Below the pieces are notes generated by a model. It was not told the DNA's origin, did no database searches, and saw only the letters and a list, made by a program, of their open reading frames with translations. 64,000 nucleotides of DNA from Octopus vulgaris (taxonomy: Eukaryota). The DNA is taken from positions 23,684,001 through 23,748,000 of the forward strand of contig OX597821.1 of NCBI GenBank assembly GCA_951406725.2, in the 5' to 3' direction. Positions 27,478 to 39,907 of the stretch are shown one piece after another. Both the position numbers and the translations under genes were made by a program. Each line of letters opens with the position of its first letter. Within the stretch, counting starts at the first letter, position 1.

Positions 27478-28076
27478 AAGCTACTTACCACACAGCCACT
27501 CCTGCGCCTATCTGGATATTTCTTTTTCAAATCTTCAAACAAAGACAATGCTTTCTCCTGAATTATTTCCAGACTACAATTTGCTTGCTGACGATTCTGC
27601 CTTTCAACCCAAAGGGCAAGAAGCTGCTCGATCTCTTCGTAAATTCGTCCTCTTAATTGTTGATGATGGTGTTTTTCATCTCTGGAGCATCATCTTTCAC
27701 ATGTGCCATAATCCCATTTCTATCATGCGCAGTCGTTGACACAGTTGTTATGGCTCATCCCAAACGATTGACCGATGGCTACACTCTTTTCACCCTTTTC
27801 ATATAGTTCTATCCACTTTATCTTCCAACAATATGGCTTAACGCTTACCGTTTTCACTCAGATTCTTCTTTTGAGCCATGGGGCTAAATTATAAATCAGA
27901 AAAATAATTGTACAAAATTCTATAGTACAGTAAACAGATTTGGAAAGCTCGCGGCTGGAGCACTAATGCCACCTATCGGAAAACATGTGAACTAGTACAC
28001 TTGTTCCGATTTGTATTACCATTAACCTGTAACTTTTAATGTTTTTGTTTTTAAATGGATTTTAATTGTTTATAAT

Positions 28077-28487
28077 ACTCTTTTACTCTTTACTCTTTTA
28101 CTTGTTTCAATCATTTGACTGCGGCCATGCTGGAGCACCGCCTTTAGTCGAGCAACTCGACCCCGGGACTTATTCTTTTGTAAGCCCAGTACTTATTCTA
28201 TCGGTCTCTTTTGCCGAACCGCTAAGTAACGGGGACATAAACACACCAGCATCGGTTGTCAAGCAATGCTAGGGGGACAAACACAGACGCACAAACACAC
28301 ATACATACATATATATACATATACTACAGGCTTCTTTCAGTTTCCGTCTACCAAATCCACTCACAAGGCATTGGTCAGCCCGAGACTATAGTAGAAGACA
28401 CTTGCCCAAGGTGCCACGCAGTGGGACTGAACCCGGAATCATGTGGTTGGTAAACAAGCTACTTACCACACAGCCACTCCTGCGCCT
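28077..28487 (-). mobile_element. SINE family A, full length
   Basis: Matches consensus. Confidence 0.92.
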
Positions 28488-28755
28488 GTATTTTAACATT
28501 AATGTTAATATGCTATACAGTTTATATGCTTCTATTGCATTTTCATTTATTTCCCGGACACGAATACGAACGTAATCAATCGGTTCAACCTGGAACTAAC
28601 AGTACAGTATAGTATGAACGTTATTGCTGTTATGCCAGGCGACGTAAAGTAATACTGTATTTGATATTTATTTAATATTTTAGAAAGACCGACGTATCTT
28701 CGGAAATGACCTAAGTCGACACGACTTAATCAGAGGTATTTGTGTGCGCGCGCGA

Positions 28756-28794
<39 letters not shown>

Positions 28795-28797
<3 letters not shown>

Positions 28798-29051
28798 AGG
28801 CGCAATGGCCCAGTTGTTAGGGCAGACCGGGCGTTGTGTGTGTTTATTGAGCGAAAACACCTAAAAAGCTCCACGAGGCTCTGGCAGGGGTGGTGATCCC
28901 TGCTGTACTCTTTCACCACTCCTCCTCTCACTCTTTCTTCTGTTGGCTTGCTCGCTTAGCCAGCGGGGTGGCGTCATTCGAAGGTTAAAACAATGCAAAC
29001 GCATTGTGACCAGCGATGTGTAACAACATCTGATGGTCTGGTCGGTCACGG

Positions 29052-29054
<3 letters not shown>
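28795..29054 (+). mobile_element. SINE family B (tail type 1), internal head deletion
   Basis: Head plus tail cttagccagcggggtggcgtcattcgaagg...ggtcggtcacg. Confidence 0.85.
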
Positions 29055-29090
<36 letters not shown>

Positions 29091-30009
29091 TGTATGTATG
29101 TATGTATGTATGTATGTATGTATGTATGTATGTATGTATGTATCTATATATGTATATGTAGGTATGTATGTATATATGTATATATGCGCGCGCACGTGGC
29201 ATGTGTATGTGTATATATATGTATATATGTATGCATGTATGTATGTGTTGTGTCTGTCCCTTATCACTTGTGTTTATGTCTCCGTAACTTAAAGGTTTTG
29301 CAAAAGAAGCCGATAGAATGAGTACCTATTTTTAAAAATAAATACTGGAGTTGATTTATTCGACTAAATCGTTCAAGGTGGTGCCCCAGCATGGCTGCAG
29401 TCCAGTAACTGAAAAGTAAAAGAGATGAAAGATAAAAGACATACACACACACACATACACACCACTCACAAACACACTCACACACACACCACTCACTCAC
29501 GCACACTCTCTCACACACCGCTCACACACACACGCACACCTATAAATATTAAAACATTTTAAGAAACAGCTTAAAGCGTTCGTTTGCAAACTACCTCTCA
29601 TGTTGCTATGTCTATTTTCAGTTTTCTTCTTTGGAATACTGCAGGGATCTGCCATCCCATTCATTCTTTTCAACCTATACCTGTACGACCTTTCTACGCC
29701 TCATTAAAACATGCTTACATTTTCATGCGCTGATGACATTATTATCATATCGTCTCATCAGTTTTCAGTCATAGTTACCCAACTTCACCGACCCGGCATC
29801 TAACACACTGAAACCGGGTTCCAAAATAGCAGCTTTAATGAGATATACACCATGTACATTGTTTTCTTTTTTATCTGTAACACGAGAGAGGATCAGAGAC
29901 AATCAGCCACCACATCCGGCAACCATACTTACAGAAGAAAAAATACTGGGAGTCAACATTCACAAATGACATGGAAAACATAGTAAAGAAAGGAAAACAG
30001 TGCACAATC

Positions 30010-30880
30010 GTATTTAGAACACTTACAAATTCCTCAAATATATTTAGCTTGCTGACAGGTGCCACAAGTACATTTAGTGCACCCACAAATACTACAAGCA
30101 TATTTAGAGCAGTCCACGAGTATATTTAGAGCATTCACAAGTACTACAATCATAGAGCAGTCACAGGTACCATAAACATATTTAGATCAGTCACAGGTAC
30201 CTCAAGCACATTTAGAGCAGTCGCAGGTACTATAAACATATTTAGAGCAGTCGCAAGACGAAAGGAAAGGTCTATAGAAGTTGTGTGAGAGCTGCAATAC
30301 TGTATGGGAGTGAGACATGGTGTTTGGGGATGGGAGAGATGGCAATTTTGAGAAGGACTGAGAGAGCAATGGTGAGAGAAATGTGTGGCATATGGCTGTT
30401 TGATAAGAGGAGGACTGAGGACTTGATGGGGATGCTGGGGTCGGAGGAATTTAGAACAATCATACGTACCACAAACACATTAAGAGCAGTCACAAGTACC
30501 ACAAACACATTAAGAGCAGTCACAAGTACCACAAACACATTAAGAGCAGTTACAGGTACCACAAACACATTTAGAGCAGTCACAGGTCCCACAAACACAT
30601 TAAGAGCAGTCACAAGTACCACAAACACATTAAGAGCAGTTAAAGGTACCACAAACATATTTAGAGCAGTCACAAGTACCACAAACACATTTAGAGCAGT
30701 CACAAGTACCACAAACACATTTAGAGCAGTCACAGGTGCCACTAATACACTTAGTACAGTCAAAGGTACCACAAACATATTTAGAGCAGTCACAAGTGCC
30801 GCAAGCTTATTCAGAGCAGTCACAAATTCTGTAAACTTATTTAGCGCGTTCACTGGAAACACAGTTACGTTTAGAGCTGT
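30010..30880. repeat. 30-bp minisatellite (cacaaacacatttagagcagtcacaagtac)n, about 20 units
   Basis: Direct reading; most homogeneous at 30470-30800. Confidence 0.93.
30257..30449 (+). pseudogene. RTE RT C-terminal fragment embedded in the minisatellite
   Basis: KGKVYRSCVRAAILYGSETW...LRRTERAMVREMCG. Confidence 0.85.
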
Positions 30881-31719
30881 CATTCGTATCAACAGACAAC
30901 AGTATATTATATATATTATCGATTATCTATTATCGATTATATCAGTCCTGGTTTAGTCTCCAGTCTCCTTACAAATGTAAGCAGAGCACACCCACCTGTG
31001 AGCCATACTAAAACACTAAATACAATGTAAATGTACGAAAGCCGAAGCTACTTTTCCATAGCTAACTCCCACTCTCAGAGACCCTGAGATAACATTAAAG
31101 AAAATCTATCAGCCACCACCCAAACAGATATAGAACCCACCAGAACTTTACAACAATAACCTAAAAATATTGATTTCAAAATTTTAGCATAAGGCTATAA
31201 ATTTCTAGATGATGATATAAGTCTTATTTTATCGATCCCGAAAGGATGTAAGGCAAAGTCTCCTTCGGTGGAATTTGAACTTAGAACTTAAGATGGACGA
31301 AATGCCGCAAACATCCCCAAAATATCATCTTTTGCTCTACAATACTCCTGAACACTAGAACGCCATCCAAACAATCCAATTTCTCTCCCACTCTCCAGGC
31401 TCACCTATAACACTCTTTTATACCTCCACAAAGTCCTGACAATATTATCCCTCTTGCACAGTTCTGTAATATTCTAACAACACTATTTCTCCTACTCAGT
31501 CCTGGAACATCTAGAGCAGCAGTGAAAGCTATTGAAGCACCTTTATTCATTCTTACTCAGTCCAGACATATCTACGACACACCGGAGCATGACCACAACC
31601 ACCCGACAACGCTCATCTCTTCCCCCACGAACAGTCCATACACATCTAGAACACACCACAGCACTACTGTTGTAACTTCCAAACAATACTATCTCTCCCA
31701 CGCAGTCCAGACATAAAAG

Positions 31720-31794
31720 ACGCACAAGCACACGCACGTATGCACGTACTCACACACACGCACACACATACACACAAACACACGCACGTATGCA

Positions 31795-31843
<49 letters not shown>

Positions 31844-31964
31844 GCACGTATGCACGTACACACACACACACACAAACACACGCACGTATGCACGTACACA
31901 CACACACAAACACACGCACGTATGCACGTACACACACACACACACAAACACACGCACGTATGCA

Positions 31965-32003
<39 letters not shown>

Positions 32004-32598
32004 ACGCACGCACGCACGCACGCACACACATGCAACATTAATTGCAACATTAGAGATAAATACAGATAAATGCACAAATATCCTTGCTGTTACTCATTGT
32101 AAACATTAAATATTAAAATCCTAGCTAACCCCCTTAATACGAATGAACGATACACTGGAAGGTAATAGTGCTGGATATCCTCAATACAACGGGATGATCA
32201 CAGATGGAATGCCCGGCTCTATTAGAGATGACCCGGGACGGAACAACTTACAGCGTCTAATTTATTCCTACTGATGAAGTTTTTATGTGGTAACGAAACA
32301 TCAATAAAGTTATTAGACCCAAACCACTCTAGATCTGTGTCACCCCCCCCCCACACACACACACATACACACACACACACAAGTGCATATAGACAAGCAC
32401 ACACATACACACACACACATACACATACACACACACACACACAAGTGCATATAGACAAACACACATACACACACACACACACATACACACACACACACAC
32501 ACAAGTGCATATAGACAAACACACACATACACACACATACATATACACACACACACACACAAGTGCATATAGACAAACACACACATACACACACACAC

Positions 32599-32645
<47 letters not shown>

Positions 32646-33040
32646 GCATATAGACAAGCACACACATACACACAGAAACACCTAGAGACACATGCATAAA
32701 CCAGGTTCACCCACACACTGGTACGCATACATACACATTTATTCGCAAACGTACATACACACACACACACACAGGCTTACACACACGCACACACACACAT
32801 TCACGCACGCTCACATACACAGAAGCACACAAATACACAGTCACACACACATACATATATATATATACATACACATACACGTACACACGCGCACACATGA
32901 ACACCCCAACGCACACATACACACACAGACTCGTACACACAAACAACTATTTACACGCCCACGAGCACACACGCAGGTATGCATACATTCACGCATACAC
33001 ATACATACACAGAGGCTTACACACACACACACGCACACAC
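31720..33040. repeat. (CA)n field with higher-order repeats
   Basis: Six copies of acacgcacgtatgcacgtac (31730-31970) and five of agtgcatatagacaa (32380-32660). Confidence 0.9.
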
Positions 33041-33104
33041 AAGACAAAGCACTACGAAATTAGTAATGAATGGTCGTCTCTCTCTCTTTCTACAGAAACA
33101 CCTG

Positions 33105-33201
33105 CTAGTGCTGCTGCTGCTACTACTACTAATACTATCACCACCACCAACAGCATTACTACTACTACTACTACTACTACTACAACAAATACTACAACAA
33201 A

Positions 33202-33267
<66 letters not shown>

Positions 33268-33338
33268 CAAAACCACCACCACCACTACTACTTCTACTAC
33301 TACTACAACTACTACTACCAAAAACCACCACCACCACC

Positions 33339-33373
<35 letters not shown>

Positions 33374-33480
33374 AACTACTACTACTACTACTACTACTAC
33401 TATTACTACTACTTCTACCATCACCACCACCAGCAATGGTCACAACCACCACTACTACTACCAATACTATTACTACTTCT
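33105..33480. repeat. (ACT)n/(ACC)n trinucleotide field
   Basis: Direct reading. Confidence 0.92.
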
Positions 33481-33766
33481 AATACAATACTGTGTATGTG
33501 TTTGTGTATATGTTTGCGTATTTGTGTGTGCGCGTGTGTGTGTCTGTGTTTGTGTGTGTGTATGTGTGCGTGTATCTGCATGAGTTTGTATATTTGTGTA
33601 TGTGTATCTGTTCATATATGCATGCACGTATGTGTGTATCCGTATTTGAGAGAAAGCGATAGAGAGAGGAAGACAGAGAGAGAGAGGGAGGAAGGAGAGA
33701 CACTGTACTTGTGTGTGTGCGTGGGGAATTTTTTGTGTCCGATGTTAATTGTTCTAAACACCTATG

Positions 33767-33829
<63 letters not shown>

Positions 33830-33831
<2 letters not shown>

Positions 33832-34012
33832 TTTGTCCCCCAAACATCGCTTGTCAACCAATGCTGGTGCGTTTACCACGCCGTAAGCGGTTCGGCAAAA
33901 GAGACTGATAGAATAAGTACCAGGCTTACAAAGAATAAGTCCAGGGGTCGATTTGTTCGACTAAAGGCAGTGCTCCAGCATGGCCGCAGTCAAATGACTG
34001 AAACAAGTAAAC
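33830..34012 (+). mobile_element. SINE family A, tail half
   Basis: Matches consensus tail. Confidence 0.85.
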
Positions 34013-34014
34013 GA

Positions 34015-34100
<86 letters not shown>

Positions 34101-34108
34101 TTATGTCA

Positions 34109-34187
34109 GGTCACTTTCGAGTGCTACTGGTAACATGTAACCCAGTACAACCTGTTGCGTGGTCGGGTCGTCGGCGACTTAAACGGC
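34109..34187 (+). ncRNA. Candidate HDV-like ribozyme (imperfect)
   Basis: P1 GGUCAC/GUGGUC (34159-64), L3 CC with GG 34165-66, P4 GUCG-ucgg-CGAC, J4/2 (C)UUAA; P2 and P3 imperfect. Confidence 0.45.
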
Positions 34188-34654
34188 AACCCCACCAAGC
34201 TTGCTTGGTGAGGAGGGTGTTTATTGGACACCCTGCGGGATGAAAAACAAAACCCGCCAAAGGGCGGAGGAACTCTTGAGAGTCAACGGCCATCCAATAA
34301 GTGTCTTAAGGCTGTATCATGCGCAGGGACATAGAAATAATCGGACTGAATACCCAATCGCGCGGTTAAACCATTGGGAGTGAAGGACTCCTAGCCTTTG
34401 TTAGATCATCCTTCTAGGAGAAGGTAACTCAGGTAACTGGAATAACTCCGACATTAAACCTGCGGCTCAGTGGTTACCCATGATGTTGATTTGTTCTTCT
34501 TTTCGGATTATGGCTGCTGTTGCTTAGTGAGTGGGATTGACTCAGTGCACAGCGTTTCCCCACTTTAAAAAAATCTTCTTGCACTGGCATTGCTCGATAA
34601 CAACATTGATTAAGCTTCGTGCAATGGCCATACTCGATAACGAGGGGCAGCCAC

Positions 34655-34655
<1 letters not shown>
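34109..34655 (+). mobile_element. Non-coding, highly structured element resembling an RTE 5' UTR derivative
   Basis: GC-richer island with many hairpins; ctaggagaaggtaactc resembles a motif recurrent in RTE 5' UTRs (from memory). Confidence 0.55.
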
Positions 34656-34656
<1 letters not shown>

Positions 34657-34686
<30 letters not shown>

Positions 34687-34796
34687 TGTATGTATGTATG
34701 TATGTATGTATGTATGTATGTATGTATGTATGTATGTATGTATGTATGTATGTATGTATGTATGTATGTATGTATGTGTGTGTGTGTATGTATGTA

Positions 34797-34827
<31 letters not shown>

Positions 34828-34985
34828 ATGTATGTATGTATGTATGTATGTATGTATGTATGTATGTATGTATGTATGTATGTATGTGTGTATGTGTGTG
34901 TGTATGTACGTACGTACGTACGTATGTATGTATGTATGTATGTATGTATGTATGTATGTATGTATGTATGATGTATGTATGTATG
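34657..34985. repeat. (TATG)n microsatellite
   Basis: Direct reading. Confidence 0.95.
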
Positions 34986-35202
34986 ACCTCGTTCGTTTAT
35001 TACGTGCGTCGCCACTGTTCTTCGACGAGAGATGCATACAGTGAGAGATTGACGTATATATATGAGAACAATGAAGTTCAACCAATATTCCTCACAATAA
35101 ACATATCTTATTTCATATATTCTTCCTTCAAGGAAACAAAGTTCATAGAACTGGGTCAGATTCTAGAATTTTCCAGGCTGAAGTTCGGTTCTGGGCATAC
35201 TT

Positions 35203-35304
<102 letters not shown>

Positions 35305-35637
35305 ATCTATCTATCTATCTATCTACCTCTTTCCTTCTCTCTCTCCCTCCTTCCCCCTCTCTCTCTCTCCCTCTTTCTCTCTCTCCCTCTCTCTCTGTCT
35401 CTCTCTCTTCGTACACATACACTCATATATTTCTATTATCTCTTACTTGTTTCAGTCACTGGATTGCGACCATTCTAAGACACCGCTTTAAAGGGTTTTA
35501 GTCGAACGAATTGAGGCCACTCCTTATGTCCTCTTATCAGTCTCGTACTAAATCTATCTTCTTGGCTGAACCTCAAAGTCATGATGACGTAAAGAAACCA
35601 AGCAATGGGGGTGGGGGTAGCAAACACAAACATAAAG

Positions 35638-35671
<34 letters not shown>

Positions 35672-35919
35672 CCAATATATGTGTGTGTGTATAGATAGAT
35701 TTCTTTTATTCTTCGACTTGTTTCAGTCATTTGACTGTGGCCATGCTGGAGCACCGCCTTAGAATAAGAGTTTTAGTCGAAGAAATCGACATCAGCACTT
35801 ATTCTTTTACTAGTACTATTGAGTTCTTTTGTCGAACCGCTAAGCTACGGGAACGTAAACACACCAACATCGGTTGTCAAGCGATGGTGAGAGGGGGACA
35901 AACACACACACATTCACAC

Positions 35920-36038
<119 letters not shown>

Positions 36039-36062
36039 ATATATATATATAATATATCTATA

Positions 36063-36097
<35 letters not shown>

Positions 36098-36268
36098 TCG
36101 CCATGATAGATCGGTAGCCACTACACATTTTTTTCCCTCCTTGTTTCTTTCCTCCCTCCCGGCACACATATACATGTAGTTATGTACAATTATATTTATG
36201 CTCGTATATATTCAGACAAGAAAACAATACACTGAACAAATTTTCTCGAGGGAAGAAATTCTCCTTAT

Positions 36269-36668
36269 AGACAATATAGATGTAAATACACCACTAAGCT
36301 ATGAATGACGTCAGTTGACCATAGGACACATGCGTTTCTGCATCATTACGCCTCATCAACATAGCTTCTGAAAGCTAGTCGCACCTTTGAATAGGAAATG
36401 TGCACGGACATGCTGAATATGTCTGCACATGGCTATATATTTCATGCAACGCTGCTTAGTGCACCTGTAATTAATTTATTCCAGCTTGACAAAGCTTTTC
36501 GTACATCAACAAATGTAATTTTTGCTATTCTGATATAAGAGCGGCCAGCTGTTGGTGTTCGTGAACGACGGCCCAGGAAACGTAACTGATGATGCGTGAT
36601 GACGCAGAAATGCATGCACCCAACGGTCTGCTGACGTTATTAGTGTTGTGGTTACATCCATAGTGTCT
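36269..36668. mobile_element. Inverted-repeat element with a degenerate hammerhead in each arm
   Basis: Arms of about 100 bp. Plus 36586-36620: CUGAUGA-UGCG/CGCA-GAAA-UGCAUGCA-CC. Minus 36359-36325: UUGAUGA...GAAA-CGCAUGUG-UC. Confidence 0.7.
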
Positions 36669-36952
36669 CTAATCTTTTCTACTATAGGTACAATGCATGA
36701 ATTTTAAAGGAGGGGGCTAACCAATTACATTGACCCCAGTATTCAACTGGTACTTATTTTATCGACCACAAAAAGACGGAAGGTGAAGTCGACCTCGGCG
36801 GAATTTGAACTCAGAACATTAGACAGACGAAATGCCGTAAAGCATTTTGCTCGGCATGCTAACCATTCGCAAACCTCGTCGCCATAGAGCTGTACTAAAC
36901 CGAAAATGTTCACTCATCCTACACGTCTTGAGTTAATTATGTATTTCTCTTT

Positions 36953-36993
<41 letters not shown>

Positions 36994-37259
36994 ATTCTCT
37001 CATCCCAATCTCTATATGATATAAAGCGTGAATATTGATATGTACCAACCAACGAACCAAACAATATTTTATCGGCTATTTTATAGAGGTATATAGGAAC
37101 AGGTGCGATTATGTTTACTTCCCAATTATTTGATTCCGGGTTCAGTCTTGTGGTGTTTTGGGAAATTCTCTTCTACAACAGCCCCATGCCGACCAAAGCC
37201 TTGTGAATGGATCTGGTAAATGGTAACTGAAAGGAGCCTACCATATACATACATATATA

Positions 37260-37515
37260 TTGGGTTGGTGCATAATTATTGCGGCTTTATTTCCCCCCAA
37301 CACATTTTATTCAACAAAAATAATAACAATATTTAACAAAAACATCTTAAATGACGGTCTGACCGTCTGCCAAGCAAATAGGAATCAGTGATTGAAGTAG
37401 ATGGTGAATATACCCCGGAATAATCATTTAAAGATGCTTTTGTTATATGTTATTATTTTTGTTGAATAAAATTTGTTGGAAAAACAAAAGCTGCAATAAT
37501 TATGCACCAACCCAA
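37260..37515. mobile_element. Mariner-type MITE
   Basis: TIR ttgggttggtgcataattattgc / gcaataattatgcaccaacccaa, TA on both sides, long imperfect internal inverted repeat. Confidence 0.9.
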
Positions 37516-37517
37516 TA

Positions 37518-37549
<32 letters not shown>

Positions 37550-37551
37550 AC

Positions 37552-37589
<38 letters not shown>

Positions 37590-37614
37590 TACATATATAC
37601 ATGTTTGTGTGTGT

Positions 37615-37908
37615 GTGGAAGTGCATTGGCCCAGGGGTTAGGGCAGCGGACTCGTGGTCGTAGGAGTGCGGTTTCGATTCCCAGACCGGGCGTTGTGAGT
37701 GTTTATTGAGCGAAAATACCTAAAGCTCCACGAGGCTCCGGCAGGCAGGGGCGATCCCTACTGTACTCTTTCGCCACAACTTTCTCTCACTCTTTCTTCT
37801 GTTGGCCTGTTCGCTTAGCCAGCGAGGTGGCGTCATTTGAAGGCTAAAACAATGCAGAGCGCATTGTAGCAACATCTGATAGCCTGGTCGGTCAAGGTAT
37901 TCAAGGTG

Positions 37909-37910
<2 letters not shown>
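37615..37910 (+). mobile_element. SINE family B (tail type 1)
   Basis: Matches 28795 and 45624 copies. Confidence 0.88.
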
Positions 37911-37940
<30 letters not shown>

Positions 37941-37946
37941 ACTTAG

Positions 37947-38034
<88 letters not shown>

Positions 38035-38289
38035 AAATAAGCAACAAGTAGAGTGGTACAATTGTTTTATGCTACTTCATTTTATTAAACACTGTAAGTA
38101 TTACATCAGTTTTAAAATGTCGAGCAATCTTCAGCCACCTATAGAAATACCATACAAAATTCTGGTGCCTTTGACTTAAGTACCATATTCATCTGAATCT
38201 AAATTTTGATGAACTAAAATAACTTAGATAATTTTCGACCAAAGATTGGTCCAGGCCATATCTAACTTAATAGCACCTGCTGATAGGAT

Positions 38290-39510
38290 TAGCTAATTCC
38301 TTTTTAGGTCAAGTTTTGTGGTATCATGGTCCATTCGAGTAGGCAGTCCTTGTTGAGTGAGTTATAACCAGGTATAGTTATATCCAGGTATAAGAAATTT
38401 GTCCAGATTCCATTTAAAGGTGATGGGATCCTTTTCCTCTTTGATCTGTTGCAGAACAATGTCAAATAGGGCAGGGCTTGTCGAGGAAAAGACACTGTGT
38501 TGCAGTGTATTTATGTGTTGTGGATCCTGATTTGGGTAGGGGATACATGAACTGTGGTCCTAACCTTAGATGAATTTTGAAGCTAATGTTGAGGTGGTTT
38601 GGGCAATGCTGGTGGTATATTCCCCACATCGTGCAAAATGATGTATCGCTCACGGCTGCGCTGGAGGGAATAGAGTTTCAATGCTTGAAGGCGGTCCCAA
38701 TAATAGAGATTAGCCATGCCCTTAATTCTTTTAGTGAATGACCTCTGGAGTGATTCAATTTTCGGAATGTTTTGTTTTGTATGGGGGCCAGCAGTATTCG
38801 ACGTGTGGCCGTACGAAGGAGGAGAAAAGAGGTATGATAATATCTTGTTCTCTGGACCCGAAGGTTCTTAGGATCTAGGAGCTCATCCTACGAGATATAT
38901 CGACATTATTAGGATCTAGGAGCTCATCCTACGAGATATATCGACTCCAGCTGAGATTGTTATCAACAATTACTCCTAGGTCCCAGATATTATTAGATGC
39001 TGTGAGTGATTTCCCTGAAGGAAGAGAATATGATTGTTTTAGCATAGACTTTCTTCCAAAATGCATCAGCTCAAATTTTCCTTCGACTGGTTGCATTTTG
39101 TTTCAGTCTACCCATTGACTCACAGCATGTAAATCAGACCGGAATTCAGTTCAGTCTTCTTTACTGATAATTTTCTGGGGCTAAGAGTCATCAACGAATA
39201 TTTTCACTTTGCTGTTTTATGACGCTGGAGAGGTCGTTTATATTGACTATGAAGAGAAGCGGACCCAAGACAGCCCCCTGAGGGGCACCAATGGTGACTT
39301 TCGCTGGGCTTGAGTGGATTCCACCGATCACAACATGTTGTGTTCTGTTCTACAGGAAATATTCAATTCAAGAGTAGTTTTCAAAGAATTCCAACATTTG
39401 ACAATTTTGATTGAAGGATATTGTGGTCGACTCTGTCGAACGCTTTACTGAAGTCAAAGATATATGACATCAAACTTCGAACTTGATCCCAAGGCTTTAA
39501 GGATATCATC
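38290..39510 (-). pseudogene. CR1-group LINE RT, decayed
   Basis: FDFSKAFDRVDHNIL, VLGPLLFIVNINDL, YWDRLQALKLYSLQRSRERY; 35-bp local duplication at 38870-38945. Confidence 0.88.
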
Positions 39511-39511
39511 G

Positions 39512-39568
<57 letters not shown>

Positions 39569-39907
39569 TCTATATATATATATGCATCTATATATGTAAT
39601 GTATGTATGTATGTATGTAATGTATGTATGTATGTATGTATGTATTTATGTATGTATGTATGTAATGTATGTATGTATGTATTTATGTATGTATGTATGT
39701 ATGTATGTAAGCATATGTGTATGTACGTTTGCGTTTGTCCCTACCACCGCTTGACAACCGGTGTTCATTTGTTTACGTCCCTGTAAATTAGCGGCTCGGC
39801 AGATAGAGACTGATAGAATAATTACCAATCTTAAAAAAAAAAAAAGATACTGGGATCGATTCATTCGACCAAACTTGTCAAGGCGGTGCCTCAGCATGGC
39901 CGCACTC

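Larger units (their letters stand above)
24930..27509 (-). mobile_element. SINE family A interrupted in its tRNA head
   Basis: 24930-25327 and 27478-27509 rejoin into one SINE; flanking Tigger ORF rejoins as KYPD|EKDVEF. Confidence 0.9.
22616..27879 (-). pseudogene. Tigger (TIGD1-like) transposase pseudogene: CENP-B HTH plus DDE_1
   Basis: 27879-27510 (MAQKK...IEQLLALWVE...QEKALSLFEDLKKKYPD), 24929-24546 (GWFMRFKQR...FNVDETGTYWKKL...GGNCAGD...KPLLVY), 24230-23890 (NEELMEL...FTLKKMQEAF), 23040-22616 (YYQILEEKRKKTIQGTLDKF). Confidence 0.9.
22423..28742 (-). mobile_element. Tigger/pogo transposon fragmented by nested insertions
   Basis: Collinear transposase pieces on the minus strand; degenerate TIR-like ends sharing gacacgactt at about 22463 and 28718. 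Confidence 0.75.

Noticed and set aside
29880-30010. Possible LINE RT relic (KILGVNI...NIVKKG)
   Set aside because: Too short and degenerate to assign
30470-30800. CRISPR-like array or mucin/antifreeze-like gene
   Set aside because: Contiguous 30-bp units with no unique spacers, no cas genes, eukaryotic context, no signal peptide or splice evidence
34175-34222. Twister ribozyme (ends gaggagggt)
   Set aside because: Lacks the conserved CCGGU-CCC-AAGC-CCGG-type core; the HDV-like fold fits better
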